A stretch of 56,617 nucleotides of DNA, counting the filler, from Dugesia japonica (taxonomy: Eukaryota), in NCBI GenBank assembly GCA_001938525.1. It is 5 parts of 5 records of this genome, joined end to end, with 100 filler letters (N's around TTAATTAATTAA, not from the genome) between each part and the next. Parts side by side here need not be neighbours in the genome. Positions count along the whole stretch, not along the records: positions 20,984 to 36,239 come from MQRL01618923.1; positions 36,340 to 48,109 come from MQRL01641550.1; 3 more parts are not named here. One strand, written 5' to 3'. The position numbers were made by a program, and so were the translations under genes. Each line of letters begins with the position of its first letter. Within the stretch, counting starts at the first letter, position 1. A model generated the notes under the pieces. That model was given only the letters and a program-made list of their open reading frames with translations. It had not been told where the DNA came from and made no database searches. This document shows positions 26,068 to 38,929 of the stretch, one piece after another.

Positions 26068-26203
26068 AGTAGTGTATAAATGGCTATTTTCTCGCCGGTA
26101 ATTTACCCTATGCTATTTTATTATTTATATTTACAAAGTATACCAACGCATCAACGTGCGAGGGGTACACCCTTGTAAGGAAATACCCATTTTTTACACT
26201 ACT
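26068..26203. mobile_element. 136-bp MITE-like unit with AGTAGTG.. terminal inverted repeats
   Basis: AGTAGTGTATAAATGGCTATTT versus the reverse complement of the right end, AGTAGTGTAAAAAATGGGTATTT; no TSD seen. Confidence 0.6.
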
Positions 26204-27211
26204 TAGGTAATGTTGAAAATTAAGAAGCAATAACAGTAACTAAAACCAGAGAAACTGGAAAATAATTACAGAAAATAAATATTGGAAAAATGTTATTCAA
26301 ACAAAACTTACTATGTAATTTAGAAAATACTAAACCTTAACACGTTATTAATACTATAGCAAAAAGTGTAGATAATGTAATGCCTACGATTAAAAAAGCA
26401 AATGCAGATGGTTTCGATATTTCAATATCTTAAGACCCGAGGAATGTAGTTATAGTAAAAATAAACTACCAACTACCACTAACTGTCCAATGAATTGTTT
26501 TTACCAAAATCTTGATTAGTACAACGTGAAAAATATATAGTGTGGTAATAACAAGGTTAATGCTATTGTAACTTCGTGTAAATTTTGAAAAGAATTTGGA
26601 GTCCCCATTGTTAGCGTTATGAATATTTTCAAAGATGTTTAAAATAATAATAAACTAGCAAAGATTGTATATAAAACTTCTTTAGAGATACATATTGATT
26701 TAATAATGATAAAACAATTTTTTGAAATCACTTTGGATTTATATTCTAGTATAAGATTTGCTACTCGTAGTAGATGATAATATATGGCAAGCAAAATGCA
26801 TTTACTAATATTCAAAAGAAAATGGGCGGAAAATGCTACAGAGAAATATACACCTATTTCCTCATAGAATTTGAATTAGTTCTTTCAAATTCTGAATATA
26901 TAAGCACTATAGATGCCAAGTTCAAAAGAAATAAATGAAGAGATCTCAGTTTAAACAACACTTTATTAATTTAAATAAAACTCATTGCTCATCTCGTCAG
27001 CTTATTTGTATTCAAGTGATCCCTGTTTTCTTTGCATTAAGTTTGATTCGACCATTAGTTTTATGATGATATGAGTTCGTCAATTCTCAATTAATATCGA
27101 GCTTAGACACAAATATAAAAACTATATTCCTTCAAATAATCTCAGGTAGTATCTGTTTACCAATAACAAACTAATTATGTCTCTATTTACTTTTAAATTT
27201 ACTATCAGTAT

Positions 27212-27600
27212 TTGCATTTTCAAGGAGTAATTCATTTTGAATTGCTAGATATATTAGAAATAAATTCAGGGGACTACTGTGAAATTCTTCATCGTTTGAG
27301 AAAAGCACTAATTGTCAAAAGGCATGCTATGATCAAAGGAAACAAAATAATTTTTCATCAAGACGGGGCTAGATCACACACTACAAAAGTGAAGCAGCAT
27401 AAACTGAAAGTCTTTTAGTCAAAAGTAATATTCCAACCTAAATAGAGCCCAGACATCACACCTTCAGATAACTATTTGTTCAATCTTTTCAGATCAAAAT
27501 ATTTCACACTAATGACAAATATCGATTTTATCATGACTCGCATTTCAAAAAACTGTTTAAATAAAATAACTAGTTAAAGAAAAACTGAGTGAATACTAAA
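27212..27600 (+). mobile_element. mariner (DD34D) transposase C-terminal fragment
   Basis: GVIHFELL..IIFHQDGARSH..SPDITPSDNYLF. Confidence 0.8.
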
Positions 27601-28285
27601 TAGATAAAGTAAATGATTATTAAGAATCAAATCAGAATGAATAATTTGAAAAATATTGAAAAATTAAATTTACATTTGATAAAATAATACTTATTTTATT
27701 TTCCATTTATATTAGTGGTGAGCAAATGTTGTGTCGCAATAATAATTTAAAAATTAAAAAAAACTGTTCACAATGCCAAGTCCACACATTACATTGATTT
27801 TCAATCTTGCAAAAAGAATAATTAGATTTTATTTTTATGCTTTCTATCATTTCGTATGCTTTTCTAAATTTTTCACAAAAAGAATTTTAAAAAAATAGTT
27901 TTGGTACTGATTTAAATTGCAAAAAAATAAATTGTTTTATTGCGAAAAATATTTACTTTACCCATAACTAATTAATATGATTGACTATGTAAAATTGTAA
28001 AAACATCAGCTTTGGTTTTTTATTATTAGTTATCTTATAGTTTGGTAAAATCAATAACGTCTCCATTTTACATGTTTAATTTTAATTTTCAAAAAATTAC
28101 AAATTTAAATTTCACAGCTAAAAGTAAAAATAAGCAACATTATAAAAATATTCCTATTTATGTATTTATCGATTAATAAATTTGTATTTACTGTGTGTAT
28201 TTACTGTGTGTATTTACTGATCATGTGATCATTCAAATTAGATTAATTATTGATTCATTTATAAGCGGACTAGTTCTAATATATT

Positions 28286-31200
28286 ATGGAATCAAAAATG
28301 TAAGTATTAATTTTCTTTTTTAAAAAATAAAATAAATATTTATGTATAATATAAATAACAAAATTTAAAATAAATAAATAAATAAATATATATTATTCAG
28401 TCTGTATTATTCAAACAAAGATTCAAGCAATTATACTGAATATCACATGGCTATAATCAACATTTTTAATTTTTGAAAATTATTTTCTTTCATAAAATTT
28501 ATTCTAATAAAATTTCTTTTATAATATTTTTAAAATTTTAAACAAAAATAATAAACCTCAATTTTTTATTTTTTCAAATATTAAAGTTAAAATGTATTGA
28601 AATTTTAGTTAACCTATAAATAAAATAAAATTTTCAAATTATTTTGAAATTTTATTAAACAATTACAAACCATAAACTATAAAAAAATTTAAAATTTTAA
28701 ATCTTAAGTTTTTTTAATTAATTTAATCGAAAGAATTGTCTGTAAATCAATGCTTGGAAAATATCAATTGGTTTTTTCCAAAAAAAATTTTAAAGGATTT
28801 TTAACTGAGACTTGAACAAAAATATTAGTTTATCAAAATATTTTTTTAAATAAATGTTTTAAAGAAAATTGCAAAAATAATATATTTAATTAATTTATTT
28901 AATATATTTAAAATTTACTAAAAGTTATAAATTTAAGGTTAGTTTTTGTAAACATTAAAATACGTAAAATTTTATGTTTATTTAACAAATCTCTTTTATT
29001 ATTTAATTAAAAATATTTAATAAATAATTTTAATAATTTCGTCGCAATATACTAAAAATTTAAAATTTCTTTTAAAAACTACTTTACATCAATATTATTA
29101 CTTACAAATATTTTATCAATTGTCTCCAAAGTCAACGAATTTAAAAATGGTTTGCTTTTAGTAACGTTAATGAATATTAGACGTTTTCATGGATTTCGAG
29201 TAAGTTGAGGACAATGACCAAGAACAAAACACTAAACATTTTATCGTGTTTCTTTTATAAGGAGGATAAAAAAACTATTTGGGGTAACATATAAGCCAAT
29301 ATCACCGAGAAGAAATAATAATAATAATAATAATGTTGTTTTAATATTCACTAAAGGTTTGATAATAAAATAACCAGTGCGGTAAAAATACGAATTCTGA
29401 ATTTATTATTTATTATTATTTATTATTATTTATTGAACCATCATTATCGCATTGTCCTGGAGTTAATTATTATCAAAGAAACTATTAACAAATCCGAAAT
29501 TATTTGTAAGTATTATTTTGGTTGTTTTGCTGTAATAGTGTTTTTATACATTATTGTATATTATTACGTTGTCAATTGGTTAATTTTAATTAATAAAATT
29601 TCCTTAATAATTAATAATTTCCTTTCCTAATTTAATAGTTATTAATAAATCCCCTTTAATAATTAAATTATTACAAATTATTATAATTATTATTCTGTTC
29701 TCTAGAAAATGTTAAATAGTTCACTATACAATAACAATCTCTTTTCTTATTGTAGATACCAGTTTCATTATGTGATGATTTCCTTTCAATTAAAATATCC
29801 AAAAAAGGCAAAACACCATTCTTTCTTCCTCTACAGTAATCATATTATTAGGATGTAACGAATTCATAAAACTTTGGAAAGACAAAACATGTTCACAATT
29901 ACCAAAAATAAGGAAAACATCATCTTTTTTAAGCAAAAGAAAATAAGAAAAAAAGTTCATTCGTTATTCAAGAAAATCAATGTTATGTAGGAGCTTGTGG
30001 AGAACCCATAGCTACTTCATCCATCTGTTTATACTATACTTTGTTAAACCAAAACGAAATATTATCCGTTGCAGAAGTAAACAATTTACGAAAAACAGAC
30101 ATACTCATTTCAGTATGATCACCCACATTAGTTTCCTATAAATCCCAACAAAGATATATTGTTTCCAGTAAATAAACATTAATGAGTGAGCTTGAAACAT
30201 CAAAGAACACCATAAACTCATAATTATTACTTACAACAGAATTTGAGATAAAGTTTCAAAACTCAAAATTATACTTAAATTCAAAAATTGAATTCATTGG
30301 TGGACCAATTATTGATATTTTTATAAGCTTCACCTCACAGTAACTCCTGATAAATTTACATGATGTTTTACCGTTACATACGGGTTATCAGATCTTCAGT
30401 ATGTACAATTATGAAAGTGCGTTTAACAATTTAATTTGAACGTTACCTCATAACTCCTTATAATCTTTGTTGAAAAATATTCCACTCTGCAGTCTGCATC
30501 ATCTTCATTAATGACCTGCACAAATCTTGTAATACAACCTCTCCATTGACAAGGTTTCAAAATACGATGGACAACATTTTTCAGATACCAAATTCATGGC
30601 TTGCTTGTCACCCAGATTTCCTTGTGCTTTGGTGATACGATTCTACTAGTCTAATTACCTCTGCGGATCTTGTCGATGTTTGCTGACTTCTGGAATATTT
30701 ATCGTAGACATTGTGAACAGTTCTTTTGACTTTAAACTTATCATTAATTCTTAAAATGGTAAGTCTCGTTGGTAGATCTCTTTGAAACTCCCTCCTAAAC
30801 TGACTTTATACTTTGGGTGCATTTTCAAATATTCAAATTAATTTTCTTTTCACAAAGCTTAATCTTGATAATTATTTTGATTTGGTTTGACCTCGAATAA
30901 TCGGGGGGGTTTTTTATTAAGATTTACTTAAAAATTGAAAATTAAAATAATTTTTAAGATAATTTTTAGATTCAAAGAAAATTATAGCTTAAATTCTAAA
31001 AAGTATTGTAATAATTATATATGAAAATTAAATGTATTAAATAAAAAACAATTTATCAATATTGGCGTTGTCAGCTGTTCTTTAACCAGAACGGATGTCA
31101 GTTTGAAATGATGATTTGACGAAACATCAAATATTCCACTTTATATTCGACTGTACATAAAATTATATTTTGTAAATGAAATGCATTTTAATAAATATTG

Positions 31201-33594
31201 TTCATATTCATTTAAAGTGTATATATATATATATATATATTGGATTGAACTGTTGCTAGAAACTAAGGAAACTTTATAAATATACATTGAGAAAATTTTA
31301 TGTAATTAACTTGAATATATATTGAATAAAGTATTGTTTTTTTATTGAAACTGTTACAAAGATTAATTTACTGCAATTGGCTATCAGGTAAATTATGATG
31401 ATATTTCAAATAATAATTGCACACAAACATCGTTCAAAATTGTTCGATAAACAAACATGCATTTTAGTTTTACTTTATATTGATACTAATATTTTGAGTT
31501 CAAAGTCTGTATGTGTTTTACTATGTAAAAAATAAATGATAAATTGAGTAAATAAACAATTTATTTGTTAAAGTATGTATTATTCAACTATGAATTCATA
31601 CACTATATTATCCATACTACAATTTTTAATTTGAAGAAATTCTTAACAAATTTGTTTTGTTTGTTTAAGATTTTCTAAAATTTATTTTTCTTTATTTATT
31701 CAATCTTTTAATGAAAATTGGAAATCAAGGAATGATGCTTACAGATATGTGTTAAAGTCAAGAAACAAGTTATCCCGGGTTCAACTTGATTCATAGCTTC
31801 TTAAAATTTAAAAACCCATACATATTAGTCTCTCCAATGTTTGTGACATAACACCATTACGTTCATATTTAAAAAGAAGATCAGAACAGAAATGTCTCAG
31901 AATTATTACTAAACACTAAAGACTGAGAAGAATCTTCATTTGTTTTGTTTTATTTATAATGCAATCTTATACTTAGGGAAATGAAAAATGATATTATTTC
32001 CAACAATGAAAATGAAGATTTATTGAAAAAATTAACAAATCTTCAAACTGATTTAAATCAAAGAAATCTCAAAATTTCAGAATTAGAAAACAATATTTCA
32101 GGTATAAAATAATTTTGTGTTTCGTTTGATTTCTAATAGCAAAATTATATTTATTACTTTTATTGATTTTTCTTATACAAATGAATTTGTAATTTGTTCT
32201 ATTTTCAGTTTTCCTTAATCATATTGTAGATTTATTTTAATAGTCAGTTTCCTATTGAATTTTGTAGTTTGATATTAAATTTAATAATTTCTCCATAAAT
32301 ATTATACAAAAAACAATTATTTTGAAAGACGACTTTCAAAAATGAATACGTTGATAAAAGTCAATTCCTGACAAGACAAGTCGAAATATAGATTTCTTAT
32401 CAAAAATCAAAAAAAAAAATTTTATCGAAGCTTTTATTTTAATAAATAATATATAATATAATATAAGACAATACAATACAATATAATATAATATTGTCGT
32501 GGTAAACACGACACTTGAGCTCTATTCAAGTTGAATATAATTACATATCTGACTGAGTTCAATAAGGTGCGTCTCTCTTAATAAATTCGTTTGCATAAAT
32601 AATAATTACTGTGATTAAAACTGAATAAACTTTATTTCTGAACAATAAAAAACTCCAATAAAATACTTCGTCAAATAAAATTCATAACGCAAATTTCCAA
32701 TCAAATGATTTGGTCACATCGAAATCCCATTGGTCGCACATCAACTTTTAATTTTCGCTATCAACAGAAGGTTTGGTGATTGAACCTGTTAAAATTTTAA
32801 AATAACTCAATTTACTATCAAAATTGTCAGTAACCTCTATATTTCTCATGTGTAAAATATTTTATATTTAAATTAATTATTTCATCTAAATTTAAGTATT
32901 TCATAATGGGTTTTTAACCACCTTTTCATCTACAAAAATAATTTCACATTATTTACGATGATTTGTTGTATTTAGACTTCATTTTAAAATTACATTTATA
33001 TATTTATTATCAAACTATGTTTTTCTTTTACATACACCCTTTTTATCATGAATCAATTGTTTGTTTCATTATTCATATTTATTTTGTATTTTTACATAAT
33101 TTACTTTTACAATTTAATTTACAGTATTATATACATTTAAACTTCACTTGATATGTTTTAATTTATTTTGAGCTTTTGGAATTTCAAATTTTATATTTTA
33201 ATTTTCTCAACTATTACAATATAATATAATACAATACAATATAATATAATATAATATAATATAATATAATATAATATAATATAATATAATACAATATAAT
33301 ATTATGTATAAAATATTTTATCTCATTCAATGTTTACGAAGGAAAACGATGGTTGCTTTAACCAGACAACGATAAAAAACACATGTCTGTTCATATTAAG
33401 AATCATAGATCATTATATAATTTTTAATCATTTTGTCTAAATAGATTACTATATATTTAAAAGATATTTCAAAAATACTTTTCTATTAATATTTTTGATA
33501 ATGAAAATTTGGATTTTAGATTTTCAAAATAAAAATAAAAAATTGGAAAGAGAAAATAGAATATTGAAAACTTCTGTTGAATATAAAGAACAAG
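28286..33594 (+). CDS. Partial host gene for a coiled-coil protein (exons 28286-28299?, 31977-32101, 33520-33594)
   Basis: Phase-compatible GT-AG junctions give MESKM EMKNDIISNNENEDLLKKLTNLQTDLNQRNLKISELENNIS DFQNKNKKLERENRILKTSVEYKEQ. The first exon is tentative. Confidence 0.55.
29740..30320 (-). mobile_element. Penelope-like reverse transcriptase fragment
   Basis: VFFDVSS; YKQMDEVAMGSPQAP; MNSLHPN..TVEEE..LPFLD-like motifs characteristic of PLE RTs. Confidence 0.85.
30340..30890 (-). mobile_element. Tc1/mariner (rosa-type) N-terminal HTH fragment
   Basis: QFRREFQRDLPTRLTILRINDKFK.. followed by an S-x-RKS..QAS.EFGI-like motif. Confidence 0.6.
33215..33303. repeat. (AATAT)n pentanucleotide microsatellite (shorter copy at 32447-32494)
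   Basis: Direct reading of tandem AATAT/AATAC units. Confidence 0.9.
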
Positions 33595-34458
33595 GTGAGT
33601 GATTTATATTGTTTATTTTATTAAAATTAATTGAAATAAATTAGGATAAGCGAAAATAATTAATGATAGAAAAATACTAATTAAATGCAAATAAAAATTC
33701 ACAGAAAAGTGTGTTAGTAAAGTATACGTTTATAATAGAAAAATTCTCAATAAACTTTGCAAATGAGAAAATATGTAGAATCTGAAAAACGAAATTAGAA
33801 AGTTGTAGAAAAGCTAAATTGTTAGAAAGACTAGCCGATTAGAATTTGGAAAATCGAGCTATCGGAAAAGGATTCTGGCAAAATAGAAGCAGCTGTGATA
33901 ATTTTTATAATAATAATTTGTGATAACTTGTCACTTTTTCCACATTGAAATTTAATTCACGACCAGCAATCTACTTCATCAAATTTTAAAAAGCAAATAC
34001 TTAAAATATTTAGTAATAAAACCGTCTCTGGAGATGTGATCTATTGGTCAATAAATAAAATGATTCTTTAATTAGCTCCGTGTTATTAAATTCGTTAATT
34101 TTCTTGAATTAGTTAGTTTTATTACTAGTTGACTACTTTGCTATATAGTAATAAAGGAAGTAACGATTAGACCTTCACTTATTGCTTAATAATAAAATAT
34201 AAATATACTCTTTATTTTATAAAAGTAACTGGAGTGACTTATAATTAAATACGATATTCATTCACTATTTACTAGAAGTCAAATATTATTAATGTCATGA
34301 ATTCACTAGTCACACCTCCGAGTCATAGCAGTTACTTCAGATAATGAGCAAGATAAATGTAATTGATTAGCAGTGCTCTACGAAATAGCTTTCACAATCA
34401 TTTGAGTTGTCGAAGTTATTGTGGTAGTAAAAATTTAGTATTAAATATTTATTAAATA

Positions 34459-34620
34459 CTAGCCATATCCAGCCACGCGTTGCTTGGCTCAGTTTGGTTG
34501 AATGAAATAAAATAGAAGAGAGAATGAATAGGTTACTAATATATTTAATTTAACAATTTAATATTTTTGTTGATCCATTGTTTGTTATATAAAGATTGCT
34601 TGGTTTGCTGAATCTAGAAG
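34459..34620 (-). mobile_element. Helitron 3' terminus with the end of RepHel
   Basis: Minus strand: SRFSKPSNLYI..NNGSTK (cf. SRVGKPxNLY..NGxTKNIVY), then hairpin GCCA-AGCAACGCG-TGGC and CTAG|T. Confidence 0.85.
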
Positions 34621-34634
34621 AAGGCCTCATTTTC

Positions 34635-34662
34635 CTGAAGAAGACTATTGTCGAAAATTGTA
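34635..34662 (+). ncRNA. Minimal hammerhead-ribozyme-like core, probably degenerate
   Basis: CTGAAGA a gac-tatt-gtc GAAA attgTA: core boxes and stem II are present; stems I and III are not convincingly paired. Confidence 0.4.
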
Positions 34663-34757
34663 ACCTATTCACAAATTCATTTTATTTTGATCGAAGCTTT
34701 TTATTTATTTAAATGAAATCTATATTAACTAACATTGTTTTTTATCAACTTTTGATA

Positions 34758-36122
34758 CAGGGTGTTCAGTATAAAAGTTGACTCGAAATTATTTTTGGAA
34801 AACATCAAACAAAAAGTTTATAACATAATTAAAGGTTTCGAAGATGTTGAAAGTGGCCACCATTTTGCACTAGGCAGGACTCAATACGGATATGCATGTT
34901 ATTGAAAACGTTGACCAATGTTTGTGGTTGAATAGATCGAATAAGTTACGTGGTGTATTGTTCCAGTTCCTGCAGAGTATGAGGATTTCTTGTAAACACA
35001 GAATCTTTTAGAGAGCCGAAAAGAAAATAATCGGGAGGTGTGAGGTCTGGGCTACGTGGCCGCGATAAGTTCTTTTTGATAATGCGATGGTTAAATAGGG
35101 CTGTCAAATGATTCATTGTGTGACGGCTATTGTGATTTGTTGCAGAATCTTGTTGAAACCAACAATTATTTTTCTCATAGTCGTTTAGTTGAGCATAAAA
35201 TTGATCGATGATGACACAGTAGCGCTCTGAATTTATGGTTTCATGAAAGAAAATGGGGCCTTTGATTCTTGTACGTCTAATCGCTATCCATACACCAATT
35301 TTTAAAGGGTGCGATGGAGATTCGATATGCTGGTGTGGATTTTCTGTACTCCATATTTTAAATTCTGAGAATTTATGTATCCAGAAAGGTGCAGCCAAGC
35401 TTCGTCAGTAAAAAAGATCGTATCCAGCTGGTTATTTTCCACATTGGCNNNNNNNNNNNNNNNNNNNNNNNNNNNNNNNNNNNNNNNNNNNNNNNNNNNN
35501 NNNNNNNNNNNNNNNNNNNNNTAAGGATGCATGTGAAGTCTGTTACGGACAACTTTGTGACAGCTCCCAACAGATAGTCCAGTTTCCAGGGACAAATGCC
35601 TGATGGATTTCTTTGTACTGTGCAACATTCGCTGTCTTATTTCCTTTACTGTATTTTCTGGTACTCGACTTGGTCTACGATTGTGCTTCTGATTGATCAC
35701 CGACCCAGTAGTCCTAAACTTANNNNNNNNNNNNNNNNNNNNNNNNNNNNNNNNNNNNNNNNNNNNNNNNNNNNNNNATCAGCGAAATCCAATGAGCATG
35801 CATCGTAAGAATAAATCCATCTTTCATTTAAAAATCTTCCAGAACGAAAATAAATTTCGACTACAAAGCTGCGTTTTGCTGTGATAAGAACCATTCTTCA
35901 AAGTCAAAATCGGTTAATTGTCTAAAATTTACTAATATTGACTATTTATTTCACTATATTTTAATAAATATCATTAAATGTAATCCATTAAACATAAATA
36001 AGTATGCACTTATTAAATTTGATTAGTATTAAACATGATTTGTATTCANNAACTTACAACTACCAATTGAAACTTACAATGACATTAAAAATTTCGAGTC
36101 AACTTTTATACTGAACACCTTG
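34758..36122 (-). mobile_element. Near-full-length Tc1/mariner (rosa-like) transposon
   Basis: 33-bp TIRs CAGGGTGTTCAGTATAAAAGTTGACTCGAAATT (1 mismatch), TA TSD; FTDEAW, WFQQD, SPDLTPPDYFLFG. Confidence 0.95.
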
Positions 36123-37499
36123 TATAATAAGTAATTTATTTAAATTAGATTCATAAAGATTGTTATGTTAAATAAATATTCGTACAAATCAAATTTCACA
36201 ATTAATTAATTAAGTTCATTTAAAAAACTTAGCACAGGCNNNNNNNNNNNNNNNNNNNNNNNNNNNNNNNNNNNNNNNNNNNNTTAATTAATTAANNNNN
36301 NNNNNNNNNNNNNNNNNNNNNNNNNNNNNNNNNNNNNNNTAAATGACTAAAGTACGTGGAAATGGTGGAAAATAAGGGGAAACATACCTAAATATAGTAT
36401 TATAAATTAAATAAATTAATGTAAGCTTAGCTTACAACCCTAACATCCATTCCACATTAAACTTAAAAGATCTGAAAGAATTCTTTCCTTTAAAATAATT
36501 CATTGATTGAATTTTCATGACTTGCTTTTCTTTGTCGTATTTTTGTTCTTCATTTATAATTTGATCTTTAATTTTTTAATTTTCTTCGTTTAATAGTCTA
36601 GTGGTAGACAGATCCAGAGCAATAGGAATTTATAGAACATTGTAGCTAAATTCTATCTACCTTGAATCCAGTAGGTTTACGTGGTAACTTATTCTAGCTC
36701 ATTTCTTTTTTTATATCTTTGCTGCTTTTGAATAACTTACATTAATAATGAGTACACACTTTACAATATTTATTGAACGAAATCTATTCGTTATTCTCTG
36801 TAATAATCTATTCATATTCTTATATGGCACAAACAAAGGTAATGAATAATCTGGATATGCAGATATGTTCTCGCAGCCAGTCAAAAGTAAATAAAATGAA
36901 ACTAAAATAATTATTTTGACAATTTACTAAAATACTCTCTGAATTTCTCAGTTTTTTAAAGAAACATCGTAATTAACGTAGTTATTTTCAAATCTATCTG
37001 AAAGCCTACTATGCTAGTGAATTATTCAACTGGATCCCCGTATTGTATTCTATAGCATAAGCCAGTTATGTAAAATCGAAAAAAAAACAAAATATTTAAT
37101 AAACAAGACAACATGTAAGAACACTTACACTAATATGTAATTTTCAAAAAAGCCTACTATTAGTATTTCGGGAGTATCTAAATTTTCCAAATGTTTCTAA
37201 CGATTTCAAAGATGCAATTAGACATGTCAGGATAGAATCAAAAGCTAAATGTAATAAAAATGTTTACAAAACTAACTACTAATGGTTGATCTTAAGAATC
37301 ATAACTATTCCAAATCAAATAAGGTTAAACGTACTGGATGTAAAATGACTAATTATGTGAATTACAAAATTAATCTTTATCTCAATTTGCAGGCTCCAAT
37401 GCCAGAAATTTATCAGGAAGTCATACGAAATGAATTTTAATTGAATAGATAAATAATCAGGCATCAATTAGCGATATTGATAGTGAATACTGATTGAAA

Positions 37500-37983
37500 A
37501 CATATTGTACAAATTTTGCAAAGATGCCCAGTAATATGTAAGCCTATTGGACCAATCGGATGGCAAAATTCGTGAAAAACGACTAGGTTTGCAGAAGAAA
37601 AAAATCATTTTTCTGCAAGACAATTCATCTGCCCACAAAAGCACTTTGACCATGACAAATTTCAATGAATTAAAGTACGACTTGCTTGACCATCCACCTT
37701 ATTCCTCTGATTTGGCTCCATCAGACTTTTTTCTTTTTTCAAACGTGAAAAAATTCTTATCTGGAAAGCGTTTTCGTGACAATGAAGAAGCAATTAATGC
37801 TGTACACATCTTTTTTGCAAGACTTGATGAAATTCATTGCAACTAAGGTATCCAGTTGCTAGAAAATTTGAATTTAATGTGTTCAGCTAAAAGAAGATTT
37901 TGTAAAAAATTAATTTGATTTTTGAACAATAAATGTTGTTTTATTCTTTTTATTTTCAAAACTTTTCAAACAGCTTTCATGTA
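37500..37983 (+). mobile_element. mariner (DD34D) 3' fragment
   Basis: IIFLQDNSSAH..HPPYSSDLAPSDFFLF; TIR-like end AACTTTTCAAAC.. Confidence 0.85.
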
Positions 37984-38929
37984 ACTTAAAATTACTGTAT
38001 AAAGACTATATAAAAACTTAAAAATAAATAGTTTTTATGAATGTTTAGGTTTTATGACTGTATTTGGCATATTGATCCGTCAATATCAAATAACCTAGTG
38101 GCTTTTCCAAGTATTTTTTTATTTTCCCAACATCGATTTACGGAGATAACTGATTTTCTTCCAATATTGATAGTTTGATCAATCTCTTGTGACCATATTT
38201 ATTGAGAAGAAAATGTTTTCAAATATTCCTTTCAGTATATGTAAAATTATAAAAACAATACAATAAATATTAAGGCTTCAATAAAATCCACTTTTCTCCT
38301 AAACAAATAATTCTTCTTCTTCAATCACAAGATCTTCTTCATTATCAATAACTACTGATTTTTCTTCATCATTAACTGTTGATTATTCCTCTTTTTACCA
38401 ATAACTATTGATTCTTCTTCTGATTCTTCTTTATCAATAACGTTTGATATTTCTTCTTGATTCGAAAATTAACTATTTAAAAATAAATTTTGCGATACCA
38501 TTTTTAAACTAATTCAAAAGAAAATTAATAACGAATACAATATATTATATATACATATTAAAAACCCACAACTTAATATATTTAATTATTTGAAAATTAA
38601 ATATATAAATTTAAATCGATATTAATAGTACTAGAATTGTTCTGGTTTTGCATCCTTGTTTTTAATTTTTTCAATCCAATCGCTTTTTTGTATAATTATT
38701 TAATAATATATCAGTCATTCTAGATTTTAAACATAAAAAAATTATTTGGTAATTGCACACTTACCCCTTTTTCTGAATAATTACTTAAAATATATAGCAA
38801 CCATACTAAATTTTAGATATTCAAAATTTGCATAGTAATTGTTTGTCTATTAGAAAACTCATTTCCATTGTTACTTCAGCTTTGTAATTAATATTGGTTA
38901 TCATAGTTAATAAATTAATGAGGGACATT

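Noticed and set aside
31094-31128. Type III hammerhead-like string GATGTC..TGATGA..GAAACATC
   Set aside because: Lacks C3 and has no credible stems I and II; explainable as a simple imperfect hairpin.
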